DNA of 63,025 nucleotides, filler included, from Octopus bimaculoides (taxonomy: Eukaryota): assembly GCF_001194135.2 (NCBI RefSeq). It is 4 parts of 4 records of this genome, joined end to end, with 100 filler letters (N's around TTAATTAATTAA, not from the genome) between each part and the next. Parts side by side here need not be neighbours in the genome. Positions count along the whole stretch, not along the records: positions 1 to 31,766 come from NC_068987.1; 3 more parts are not named here. One strand, 5' to 3'. Each line of letters opens with the position of its first letter. Within the stretch, counting starts at the first letter, position 1. The notes under the pieces are model-generated. The model searched no databases. It was given only the letters and a program-made list of their open reading frames with translations, and had not been told where the DNA came from. The position numbers and the translations under genes are program-made. This document shows, one piece after another, positions 15,401 through 28,389 of this stretch.

Positions 15401-16249
15401 ATTCTAAGATAAATATGGTCAATAAAAATGTAGGTTTTCAGCAATTAGAATTAACATGTAATTTTTTTTTGTCTCAATATTTGTCACATGACATATGAGC
15501 AGAAATATAAGCAAACCGATTGCATATATATATAGTAAGCAGTTGTAAATCACATGCACAGCAGTTGCTTTCCTGCATGACACTGCAAGGCACGAAATGC
15601 GTTCACAGAATTAGCTTGTACAAATATTTCGGGCATCGCTGTTCACCGTTTCATCTATTGAAATTTAGCTTTACAAGTTTAAAGTTTATTCTAGTTGTTT
15701 TCTTCAGATCATCACGTAGAGGAAAAGGAAATGGAAATATTTTATGCAAGAAGCGACAGGAATAACGTACTATCTAGGAAAGTTGTTCGGTTAAGTACGT
15801 GTCTAGTGCTGAAATTTGTGGGAAGAGAATCCGTTTTGAAGTAGAAATTTGTATGTTACAAGACAGGATGTGCGTATAGGTATAGACGCGTAGCTGGGGA
15901 AATGCCTTGTAGCTGTAATTACTGCTCAAGTTGCAGACTGTTTTCGTTTTGTGATTTTTTTTTTTAAATGATAGTTATGCAAACTTGCAAAAGATGTGAT
16001 TCTGATTGTTGTATCGCTTCTCGTTCCAGTATTCCTGCACCTTTTCAAACTTTGCTTAGATCCTGCAGGGAAAATCGAAAATGTTACTAACTGTTCAATT
16101 TGATTGAAGCTCTGATTAGCAAGAGATAACTGTATTGTTTGAAGTAATGGAGATAAGCGATGAGAATTCAATAGTTTTTGTTGATGTGATTCATATATGC
16201 GAGTTATATACGAAGACAAAGCATACGTATCATGTTTGATAAATGAGAT

Positions 16250-16945
16250 GCAAAGTGGATGTTCTTTTATCAGTTCATCCTTTGTTGTCGATGAGGACAA
16301 AGAACATCATATGGGAGAAGATGGGGCTCAGTTTGTCCGGTTGTGGCTAATCAGTCCGATGTGTGCTTGGAAGTCTCTGCCACATGTCAGGAATTGGTGA
16401 TCTGTTGAGACTGAAACCAAGGAGATGGCTGTGAACTTGCACAATTTGTGTTTCCTTTGTGCTCCGGCATTCTTGTTCTGTTTGCAGGAGGGATCTATTC
16501 CGTTGGTGAAGCTTTACCTGGCAGGGCGATCTTGTGCGTGTGTTTCCCACGTGCCAGAGTTCGTTTCAAAGCTCTTCGGTGTGGCTTCGAGTGTGTTCTT
16601 GTATCCATTTCTCTGTCCACTTTGTGTGCACTTACCTTGCGCGAATTCGCTGGGGAATTGCATGTCAGGCAGTCGAACAAAGTGGTCTACCCAGCTGACT
16701 TACGCTCGATTCAATAGTCTGTGTCTGGCAGATCAGCTCCGGAGAGGGCTTTGTGTCTGGAAGCTTGTCTTTCCAGGTGATTTTCAGCAGATTTCTCAAG
16801 CAGTTTATGCGAAAGCCGTTTAGCTTGTTGTGTTGGCGTAGATTTCGTGGACGTTCACGTTTCGCAAGTGTACAGAAGGGTAGGCAACAAAACTGCTCGG
16901 TGCACGTTAAACATTGTATCCAGCCGATTATCTCTCCTCTCCCAC
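16250..16945 (-). mobile_element. RTE-clade LINE, 3-prime fragment (decayed)
   Basis: Frameshifted minus-strand translation LNGFRINCLRNLLKITWKDKLPDT..., ending in the C2H2-like TCGRDFQAHIGLISHNRTN* (stop 16328-16330), followed by a short 3-prime UTR. Confidence 0.85.
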
Positions 16946-17642
16946 ACTGATGAGCTTTCTAAAAAAGGCTGGTGGTATGAGGTAAATAATCTTCTCTCAT
17001 GACCACAGTGCGCCGAGCAACGTCAGCCATTAGAGAATTCTGATCCATCGTGACAGTAGTCGTCGAAGAATTGCTACAGTTTCATTTATGACTGATTTTG
17101 GGTAAAATAAAATACAGAAAGATCGGTTAATTATGCTTTTATTCAACATATCCCCCCTGATTCACACACCCAACTTCCGTAGACGGCACGCCGGTCCCTT
17201 GAAGGGTTTTTCATTTTTGCATGCTGTGTGGACTAGAACAACGGGAAATGAAGTGTTTTATTCAAGAATACATCTCAACGCATCACCAGGTCCAGGATTC
17301 GAAACCACAATCTGACGATAATGAGTCTAATATCCTAAGCACCAAAACAATCGCTTACAATAAACCAAATCACCTAAACCAATCGCCTACACACACACAC
17401 AAACACGCACACGCACACTCACAAACAAACACACACAAACACACACACACATGTGTGCGTGTGCGTGTGTGCGCGCGCATGTATATATACAGAATACATG
17501 TATACACATAGATATATGTGTGTATATACATGTTTGTATTTATTTTTACTTCATCAGGAGAAGGAAGATTTGTTTCTTTCTCAATTTCCATGGCTACCTA
17601 GATCTGTCCGAAAATAGGAGAACAGTATGATATATAGAGTAT

Positions 17643-17828
17643 TTACATTATTTACATTATTTACATTTGACAGATATTTGTCATCTTGTTTGCTGTTAAC
17701 ACAACGTTTCGGCTGATATACCCTCCAGCCTTCATCAGGTGTCTTGGAGAAACTTCGAAACGTTGTGTTAACAACAAACAAGATGAGGACAAATATCCGT
17801 CAATTGTAAATAATATAAATAATGTACA
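17643..17828. mobile_element. Inverted-repeat relic, probably a Penelope-like pseudo-LTR, containing the hammerhead
   Basis: Left arm ...gacagatatttgtcatcttgtttgctgttaacacaacgtttcg is mirrored by cgaaacgttgtgttaacaacaaacaagatgaggacaaatatccgtc. Inverted pLTRs carrying hammerheads are typical of Penelope-like elements. Confidence 0.55.
17698..17743 (-). ncRNA. Minimal type I hammerhead ribozyme of the Penelope-associated kind
   Basis: Minus strand reads GACAC-CTGATGA-A-GGCTG(gagggtatat)CAGCC-GAAA-CG-TT-GTGTT. Stem I gacac/gtgtt, 5-bp stem II, palindromic AACGTT stem III. Confidence 0.75.
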
Positions 17829-20800
17829 TAATTCCTCATCCCTTAAATATAGACCAGTAGGAAATATATTTGCATGCTTACATTTTAAACGCATTTTTCC
17901 TTCCGAGTTTCTGTGTCTCTGACTGCTCAGGGTTGTATGTGCACTCTCACATAATAACTGAGTATGAACTCACTTGAGCGACTTCAACATTATGACATTT
18001 ATACAGTTACTTCATAAATTCCCCATACTTCCCTCAACGTGATCACTCCACCCGTCAAACATAACTGGAAATTACCACACATTAGCACTCACCCGCGTTT
18101 AAGACATGAAAAAGTTATTGCATAATTATAACCACATCTTTAAAATATAAGTAGAAAAAACAACTGCACCTTCTTTGCATGTATTTCTGTTTCATCTGAA
18201 AGTCTGCAGACGATCGCTAAATTGAAAAGAGAAAACGGAATTTTCTTTTGTTATTCCATTAGATTATAATCTAGAATAGCATCAACTGGGAACACAAAGT
18301 AAATGCGATACTTTATCGCAATTGCTAATTACACACTGTACCTTACCTCCTAATGGAATACATTTACTGTTGAATGTGTAAAGCAAATGAATCTAATATA
18401 TTAAATAGAAATAAGACACCAGAGACAATAGAGATCTCTGTTGTCATATGTTCACCTTTCCTTCTCACCCAACTGTTATTACGCATTATCAATCTCAACT
18501 CTGAGAGTATTACCTTTTTTTGTATTGAAGGTGTCTTTTCTATATTTGTTCTTCGGCAGGTGTTGTGATAGTTATCTGCTTTTATTAGTTATCTATACGT
18601 GGCAAAATATACACCGGATGCTTCAAACTATAAGTATTTAACAAAACAGAGCTTCAATATTGTAAATAATTATTGACAAGCGGATGTTCAATAAACATAC
18701 ATGCATACATATATTTAGTCTTGTTGTGTACATCTGGCGCCATGGTTAGCTTACAGGTTCAGCAGGTATGAATAACGACCTGAATGTCTTCATTAGTTGC
18801 TAGAAATTTTGCTTAACTTAAAATGCATTGTATCTGACGTACGTCATTGGAATTACATTTCTATAAGTATGGTAACTCTATTTCCGTCGAGAACTTGAAA
18901 GACAGAGATAAATGATTCCAGATGAGACTTTCCATGGGAGAAGAAACTAGTTCATTAGATTTTACTTTCCGAGATGGCTAAATCTTCGTGATTAAAACAG
19001 GAAGTTCACATTCTCCACCAGTGTAAACATTTGTTTATTAAATAGGTGAATAAGATTTATTTAAAACATATGTTCATAACCCATGCGAAGCTTACCAACT
19101 TAGGCACACTTTGCTCACAGTCAATTTCACAAGATAAAATGTAATAAAGTATATATTTTTCATTTTCGTAATTCTGTTTTTCGTGGCTTCTGTTGTTATG
19201 TCTAGAACAACATTTTACATGCCTGCCTGAATTAAAAATATAACAATCGACCTTACATTTTAAAAAAATTCCAATTTATTTTGCCTAACACAAAAAGAAA
19301 TCGTACTACAATAGAAAACACAATATTTCCTTGTTGTGCTATAATTAATCATACTAAAATAAGTCTACACATTTATTCAAATGCCATATGGTATTATTAC
19401 AGAAATTTCGAAAATAAATCAGATCTATCGAAACAAAAATAGATTAAAAAGTAAATAAATGAATGTTTGGGACAAAACTTAATTAGTTGTTTACAATATA
19501 TTGTGAGAGATGGAATGATTTACACAGACAATACAAGAACTTCGTTGATGACTGAAAGTAAATAAGAGTCAAACAGATAGCCAACATGTCTAACGGGAAT
19601 TCTCTGTTATTAGCAATGCTACTTTGACTGTAATAATGTAAATGTAACTTGCTTAGTTAGTTTGTGCCTAAAATGGACAGCAAACATTGTACATCCAAGC
19701 AAAGTAATATAATTCATCTCTCTGTATCACCATTGACAAAATCAAATTAAATTGTCTACTTCATAACATGTTGAGAGGCAATACTAGATGTAATAAGTGT
19801 AATTGTTTTAGATGAACCTAACGTTCGTTCCGTTGAATTGGTGTTAGTGGTGCAACGGCATTTTACTTACAACCTGGTAATTATATCGTATTCCTTATAG
19901 CAACACTTACCTTCTTCGGATGTTTCTACGCGTTCATTTATATGATTAGATCCTGTGTTGTAAGTATTTCGTTATTCTATTATGTCCGTTACTTCTATTT
20001 ACGTTTTAAATTCACTTCGAAACTAATTACACAATACAGTCGGACTTATTTTCAGAAACACTGTGAATAGAAAACGACCAACTCTTTTCAATGAAATTAA
20101 CCCTATATTCTTCTCGATGTCTTGGTTTTTATCCGTATATCATATATTATGGATACTTTTGTGAAGTTCTTTAGTTCTACCACTCTTTATTGTCTAAAAT
20201 AAGCGTCCATCGATCTGGCTGCATAAATTGCTAATAGTAACCGCCAGATTACCCTAAAAAAACGTCGTCTGAAAACATATGACTCAATATTTCAGGATAA
20301 ACAAAATCGAAAAATGAAACACAAATTTAAGACAAGGGAAGGATGCAATGGAATGAAATTGTTCGAAGGTTATTTCAATCAATACCATCTTAAAATATAT
20401 TATATTAACACATTAAATAGATGGAAGTTTCGATTAAATTTTAATATGTGTTATAGAATATAATACTAAATGAATAACAGGGTGGAAGACACACGTTGGC
20501 CATTAAACACACAATGTTGTTAACTATGCTTAAGCATTTATTAAGTAGTGCCGAAACGTTTGTCGCACAAACTGTTAGCTGATTCCTAATATGGATTAAA
20601 TGAAGTTAAGAATGTTTGTGTGTTTTTGATTAGTTAATGTGTGACCTTCATACAGTAATTATTTTAGTTTCAACGCACCTTCTCAAATCAAATCACTCAC
20701 TAGGGAAATACATCCTCCAAATATATGGTGGTAGTGGTGGTGGTGGTGGTGTGGTGGTGATGGTGGTGGTNNNNNNNNNNNNNNNNNNNNNNNNNNNNNN

Positions 20801-21245
20801 NNNNNNNNNNNNNNNNNNNNNNNNNNNNNNNNNNNNNNNNNNNNNNNNNNNNNNNNNNNNNNNNNNNNNNNNNNNNNNNNNNNNNNNNNNNNNNNNNNNN
20901 NNNNNNNNNNNNNNNNNNNNNNNNNNNNNNNNNNNNNNNNNNNNNNNNNNNNNNNNNNNNNNNNNNNNNNNNNNNNNNNNNNNNNNNNNNNNNNNNNNNN
21001 NNNNNNNNNNNNNNNNNNNNNNNNNNNNNNNNNNNNNNNNNNNNNNNNNNNNNNNNNNNNNNNNNNNNNNNNNNNNNNNNNNNNNNNNNNNNNNNNNNNN
21101 NNNNNNNNNNNNNNNNNNNNNNNNNNNNNNNNNNNNNNNNNNNNNNNNNNNNNNNNNNNNNNNNNNNNNNNNNNNNNNNNNNNNNNNNNNNNNNNNNNNN
21201 NNNNNNNNNNNNNNNNNNNNNNNNNNNNNNNNNNNNNNNNNNNNN

Positions 21246-21296
<51 letters not shown>

Positions 21297-21890
21297 GCGA
21301 AGTCATATATATATCATATAAAATATAGTATACATACACATACACCCACAAACCCTTACAAAAACACAGAACCATGCAATTGCCAATTTTATTTTCAGCC
21401 ATACTTATTAATGATTCATATATTTGCATATAAGTATGTTATGTTTAGTTTGGAACAAAATGTTCGAAATCATTTCACATCGTATACCGTGTCTTGGGAA
21501 ACAAATGATAATTCGTGTACTTAGTTGAAATTGCAAATGAAATGGATATGGCGGCATTTTGGTTCTTCTAAAACAAATTGAATAATAATCATATCTCAAA
21601 AGGAAATGATAACAAAACGTTTTAACTAGAAAACAGTAATGCATTGACTTGAAAGACAATAAGGCAATAAGATTTTTACGTTTTCTACACAACGATTACA
21701 ATATTTTTATCCCTCCTTTCCAGCGCCCTTCAGTTACCGATATGTTGGAGAACTCAATGTCTGAACCGGGCATGGTTTCTTTTTATTTTTCTCTTTCGTT
21801 TTCTTTTCAAACGTAAACGTAACAACTTGTCACACTTGCAGTTTTCTTTATTTTCTTTACTCATCATATATGTGCGTGTGTGGAGCTGTG

Positions 21891-21954
<64 letters not shown>

Positions 21955-22308
21955 ATAAATAATATATTAATATATGCATATATCCATACATATATGTACA
22001 TACCTACATATATATTTATACATAAATGCATATATTGGTACAGGACATCAGCAAAAAAAAAAAACGTTAAACACAATGAGAAGCGAAAACAGAAAACGAA
22101 TTTCTGTAAACGCACGCTGGAATTCATTCATTGTGCTAATAAAGTGATACACAGTCTACGGCTATTTGTGTGCAGCTAATCCATCCGGACAATACTTTCT
22201 GGCATTGTAAATAGATTTGACAACAACTGTATGTGTGTCTGTATGTTTGTGAGTGAGAGAGAGAGCGTGTTTGTGTGTTTATGTATATGTATATATACAT
22301 ATATGTGC

Positions 22309-22339
<31 letters not shown>

Positions 22340-22837
22340 TGTGTGTACGTGTGTGTATGTGGCAACTTAAAAGATATGTGTGTGTGTTTATGTATATATG
22401 AATACATATGTGTTAGAATGTTAGAATCGAAATATTATTGCGTAACACTTGCAGTCATTAAAATGTGGAGAAAGTCTGCTGCGATTTTTTTAATGAAAAA
22501 TATTTTCAATTCCATCGGAACAAATTCTCATANNNNNNNNNNCATATATATATGTATGTATATACATATATATGTAGGTAGGTAGGTAGGTAGGTAGGTA
22601 GGTAGGTAGGTAGGTGAGTAGAATAACAGGTGTGTAATATCTACTTAATTATCAGTAACTTGAGATTGTAGACAACGAAATTCATATTCCGCTCATGAAT
22701 AGATATCTGGAAACGGACACCGAAATATATTAAGACATAAACATACACAAATATAACTCACTCCCCATTTCTATCTCTCCCCACCACCTTGCATACATAC
22801 ATACATACATACACACATGCATACGCGTGTGTGTGTC

Positions 22838-22875
<38 letters not shown>

Positions 22876-22879
22876 AATG

Positions 22880-23100
22880 ATAGAGCTTCTGACAGTTTCT
22901 CGATGACAAGCACCAACCTCTTGGGTAACACCTTGGCAAAAAGTTTCAAGTCTACTTTGGGCAGAGTGATGGGGCTAAAGTTATCTATTACGTCCCCCTT
23001 GTGTGGATCTTTCTTCAGCTGCGTTACGGCTCCTCGTCTCACAAAACTGAGGATGCTCCCATTTTGCTGCCAGTTGCATTCCGTTAGAACGTTTAAATAT
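22880..23100 (-). mobile_element. Tx1/L1-clade LINE, reverse transcriptase fragment
   Basis: NWQQNGSILSFVRRGAVTQLKKDPHKGDVIDNFSPITLPKVDLKLFAKVLPKRL, a decayed version of RPITLLN.D.K..AKVL..RL. Confidence 0.85.
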
Positions 23101-23124
23101 CTTCATAGTTCCAAATATGGCGTC

Positions 23125-24200
23125 TGAGTCTCATTGCTTTTTTGATTTGAGCAAAGCATTTGATACTGATAATCGAAAAGGTCTATCGCTAATTCTGAAG
23201 AAGATAGATCGCCCAGAAAAGTGTGTAAACATGATCAGGGCTTTGCATCAAAATATGAAGGCTAGAGTTAATTTTGGTGAAAGGTGCTCCAAATCTTTTG
23301 CCTTGGAAAATGGAGTAAAGCAAGGAGACCTTTTTCCCTCACCCATTTTGCAACATACTTTTCTTTTGTGCCGTCACACGCTTTTGAAAACTCGGAGGAG
23401 GGTATTTACATAAAATATCGGAGAACAGTGAATGTTTATAATCTGACTGAAATTCAAAACGAAAGGTTTTACTTCACTCATTAAAGAACTCTTATACGCT
23501 GACGATTGGCATCGAGTGAGTCATTCTGAAACAGGTCTGCAATCTCTGTATCTGCATTTGACTCAGTTTGTTATGATTTTGGCTTGATCATCAAATTAAT
23601 GTTGTAATGTATTAACCTGCGTGTGGTGCCGTTTGCAAACACCTAATTTTTTGTTAAGGGTGAGTTACTTGAGGTTGTTGATTCTTTCATCTACCTTGGA
23701 CGTCTGTACATAATGATGGAAATCTGGGCACAGAAATGCATCTACGAATTCAAAGGGGAGCACAAGCATTTGATGGTCTGGAGTCACCCGTTCCGTGCCA
23801 ACAACTTATAAATAACAACACGAAATTGGCACTTTACAAATCATTTGTCTTACCATTCCTGTTGTATTGTTCAGAAACATGGACTTGTTATGAAAGACAT
23901 TTCAAATTGTTAGAACTATTCCACCAAAAATGCCTTAATCGCATGTTAAATATTAAATGGAATCTTTTACTCCAAACACAGATATCCTTGCGTTTGCATG
24001 CATTACTTCAATTACTAGTTTTTGACAGACCATGCCTTTCTTTTGCTGGGATCAAATCTCATCGGCGAATCTCCAGCAACTATTCTATCTATAGGCCTCT
24101 GCATACCTTTCAATGCCATGTATGCCATCAGGTCTGCAAATCTAACGGAGGCCTCAAAAGACATTTTAAGATACACAAAGCTCAGAGCCTGACTGCAGCT
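23125..24200 (+). mobile_element. RTE-clade LINE, RT-to-3-prime fragment (decayed)
   Basis: FDLSKAFDT, NGVKQG, LLYADD (YADD at 23495-23506), LLYCSETWTCY, and a terminal C2H2 motif CHVCHQVCKSNGGLKRHFKIH. Multiple frameshifts. Confidence 0.9.
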
Positions 24201-26370
24201 CATGGTGATCCAAATCAGACCACCACACACACGCACACACACACGCACACACACGCACANNNNNNNNNNNNNNNNNNNNNNNNNNNNNNNNNNNNNNNNN
24301 NNNNNNNNNNNNNNNNNNNNNNNNNNNNNNNNNNNNNNNNNNNNNNNNNNNNNNNNNNNNNNNNNNNNNNNNNNNNNNNNNNNNNNNNNNNNNNNNNNNN
24401 NNNNNNNNNNNNNNNNNNNNNNNNNNNNNNNNNNNNNNNNNNNNNNNNNNNNNNNNNNNNNNNNNNNNNNNNNNNNNNNNNNNNNNNNNNNNNNNNNNNN
24501 NNNNNNNNNNNNNNNNNNNNNNNNNNNNNNNNNNNNNNNNNNNNNNNNNNNNNNNNNNNNNNNNNNNNNNNNNNNNNNNNNNNNNNNNNNNNNNNNNNNN
24601 NNNNNNNNNNNNNNNNNNNNNNNNNNNNNNNNNNNNNNNNNNNNNNNNNNNNNNNNNNNNNNNNNNNNNNNNNNNNNNNNNNNNNNNNNNNNNNNNNNNN
24701 NNNNNNNNNNNNNNNNNNNNNNNNNNNNNNNNNNNNNNNNNNNNNNNNNNNNNNNNNNNNNNNNNNNNNNNNNNNNNNNNNNNNNNNNNNNNNNNNNNNN
24801 NNNNNNNNNNNNNNNNNNNNNNNNNNNNNNNNNNNNNNNNNNNNNNNNNNNNNNNNNNNNNNNNNNNNNNNNNNNNNNNNNNNNNNNNNNNNNNNNNNNN
24901 NNNNNNNNNNNNNNNNNNNNNNNNNNNNNNNNNNNNNNNNNNNNNNNNNNNNNNNNNNNNNNNNNNNNNNNNNNNNNNNNNNNNNNNNNNNNNNNNNNNN
25001 NNNNNNTATATATATACTAGCGACAGAGGTCGTATTAATACCGAGAGGCAATATTTATCCCTAGTTAAACGTGAATGTTCTGTTAGTACAAACTATACTG
25101 CGGTAGATAACCTCAAACTCTTATATTGGCATATGGTGCAATATTCACTCTTGTCTATATTGTGAGTGAGGGAGAAATCTCCGCTGCCTTCACTTCAAGA
25201 CCACCGAATCAAATGGTTTCAGGGCAAATGCACAACCTAAGATCGGCATTGTACTAACTACCCTGAAACCGGATGTGTTTATCAATCTTTTAAACTCATA
25301 CTAAGAATTATATGCGTTTCATTTCACTAATTAATTAACCGTCTCTTAAGTGAGAAGATTAGTTTTAAAAACCAACGTGACACCTATCCTCTTGAGATCA
25401 AGTAAAAAGAATTCTATTTATCATAGATCCTCGCTTTTGTACGTCTATTGGAATGCGATAAATGGATCCGCAGACTCAGTCACAAACCGCACTTTTCGCA
25501 TACATCGACTATCTCAAGTGACACATCAGGTTCACTAAATGGCACATTATACAAGTAAATAGATGAGGCAAGTGTCTCTAAATAACACAGCTAACACATA
25601 GTCTCTAAGCTTGAGTCATATCAGTTTTGCGTTTTGTACATAGCAGAAATCGGGTTTTATAAATCTGAGCAAGCAAGCAAGCTATAGACTCTCTAGAAAT
25701 ATAAAGTTTACTACAAGTTCAGCAAACCGATTACTTCAATTTCAGTAATGAATCTATCTGAATCTGTCCTTTACGTCTAATTTGTACCTATTGGCCTTGT
25801 TCCGGCACAATTCTTTCTAACAGCGAGGTAATCTGTAAAGTTGGCGGCTGGAAGAACACGCGTAAAACTAATGCCGTTGAGTGGTTGTTTCTCAAATACA
25901 TTTACTTCTAAATCAGCGATCAATCTTCCATATTTCAGTAACCAATTGTAGTTTCTTGTGTTCAAACCTTGATTAATGCAGAACCCAAAAGGGATGAGAT
26001 AATGCGTGGTTAGTGCAAGAGCAGTGATAATATGTGTTAATATTTTCAGTGAAGATTTTTACTTTTTCCAATGTCAACCTCAAGAATGGCGTTGCTCTCT
26101 GCATGGAATCCATTAGTGTTGACCAATTTTGAACCCAACCGAGCAAATCAAATTATCTCCACTTTATATTATTGAATATTTCTTCTTTCCTTCGTGGCTT
26201 CACCAAATGTGTGCTTGTATGAATATATATATGTGCATATATATATATATGTCTGTGTGTATGTGTGTATATATATATGTATATAATGTATGTATGTATA
26301 TATTTATGTATGTACATATTTGTTTATTCGCTTATTTATATATATGCATGTGTGTGTATGTATATATATG

Positions 26371-26407
<37 letters not shown>

Positions 26408-28124
26408 NNNNNNNNNNNNNNNNNNNNNNNNNNNNNNNNNNNNNNNNNNNNNNNNNNNNNNNNNNNNNNNNNNNNNNNNNNNNNNNNNNNNNNNNNNNNN
26501 NNNNNNNNNNNNNNNNNNNNNNNNNNNNNNNNNNNNNNNNNNNNNNNNNNNNNNNNNNNNNNNNNNNNNNNNNNNNNNNNNNNNNNNNNNNNNNNNNNNN
26601 NNNNNNNNNNNNNNNNNNNNNNNNNNNNNNNNNNNNNNNNNNNNNNNNNNNNNNNNNNNNNNNNNNNNNNNNNNNNNNNNNNNNNNNNNNNNNNNNNNNN
26701 NNNNNNNNNNNNNNNNNNNNNNNNNNNTATATCAAGACATTCGAAAATGCATGCATATATATATGTATGTGGTCATATGCGTATGTGTGTATGCACTGGT
26801 GCATTATACCATGTGTATGTATAATTGTATGTGCATTTCCGAATCGTAAACACCGAATAGATTCCTTGTTGAATGAAATTCCTCATTTACCCGCCTATTC
26901 TATCAATACAGTGAGATGTGAGAGAAACATTTCATATGTGAATTTCCTCGTAGAGGTCTTATGTTACGTTTTAAATTCCGAGAAAATGCGTTTCAGGATT
27001 TTCATTTACTATGCATAAAATTTTCGCACTTATCGTGTAAATTAATTTCCCAAGTGATTGAGGTTTGCTTGACAAAATTTCCCGGCGTGTTATGTTTTAT
27101 TAATATTTTCTAAAATATATGAGTGTCTTGGGAATAATATGTCCTGTCAACTTAACGAAGCTATAAGCAGGCAGGAATATTCTCTTGCGAACGAATCTTT
27201 ATAAAAGTACATACATAGATACGTACAAAACTGCATACATACATGCATACATACATATATACACACAAACAAATGTACGTACGTATGCAGGTACCTATAT
27301 ATAGATACATAAGCATATATATTCTGTTGTGACTGCCGAGAGTCATATTGCCTTAATGCCTTATCATCTAACACACTCAGCGGTTCGATTTCCACTCATT
27401 TATTATACATGTATTATGTTTTTTTCCCCAATTTTCGTTACTTTTGTAATCTTGTCAATGTATGTGGACAACAATAAGGGCCAGAGTCAACAGTCATTGA
27501 CAAGATTGCAAAAGCTACAAAAATTCTGGAAGAAAAAATATAAATAATGAGTGGCAACGAGTGGCAACGAGTGGCTAACACACATAGAGGCAGAAAGAGC
27601 TAAACTAGCATTGGACTCTTCATTTTCAGCTGAGCAAACTAGAACAATGCACTGCGCGTTCTAAGAATCAGATCTTTGATTTTTTGATTATACACACAAC
27701 ACCCTAAGTATTATATATTTATATAAGTATATATATATATATATATATATANNNNNNNNNNNNNNNNNNNNNNNNNNNNNNNNNNNNNNNNNNNNNNNNN
27801 NNNNNNNNNNNNNNNNNNNNNNNNNNNNNNNNNNNNNNNNNNNNNNNNNNNNNNNNNNNNNNNNNNNNNNNNNNNNNNNNNNNNNNNNNNNNNNNNNNNN
27901 NNNNNNNNNNNNNNNNNNNNNNNNNNNNNNNNNNNNNNNNNNNNNNNNNNNNNNNNNNNNNNNNNNNNNNNNNNNNNNNNNNNNNNNNNNNNNNNNNNNN
28001 NNNNNNNNNNNNNNNNNNNNNNNNNNNNNNNNNNNNNNNNNNNNNNNNNNNNNNNNNNNNNNNNNNNNNNNNNNNNNNNNNNNNNNNNNNNNNNNNNNNN
28101 NNNNNNNNNNNNNNNNNNNNNNNN

Positions 28125-28158
<34 letters not shown>

Positions 28159-28279
28159 GTGTGTGTGTGTAGATTGTGGGTGTTCAAGGCATACCTTTGT
28201 TTTCTTTTAAGCTTCATATTTATTTTATCGAAGTCTATTAACGAACTGCTACGCTACGGGAGCCTAAACCGAGTCACGG

Positions 28280-28318
<39 letters not shown>

Positions 28319-28329
28319 TAGATAGATAT

Positions 28330-28384
<55 letters not shown>

Positions 28385-28389
28385 TATAA

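Noticed and set aside
16947-16975. CTGATGAG plus a small hairpin (also CTGATGAAGG at about 8840)
   Set aside because: No GAAA and no stem I or III.
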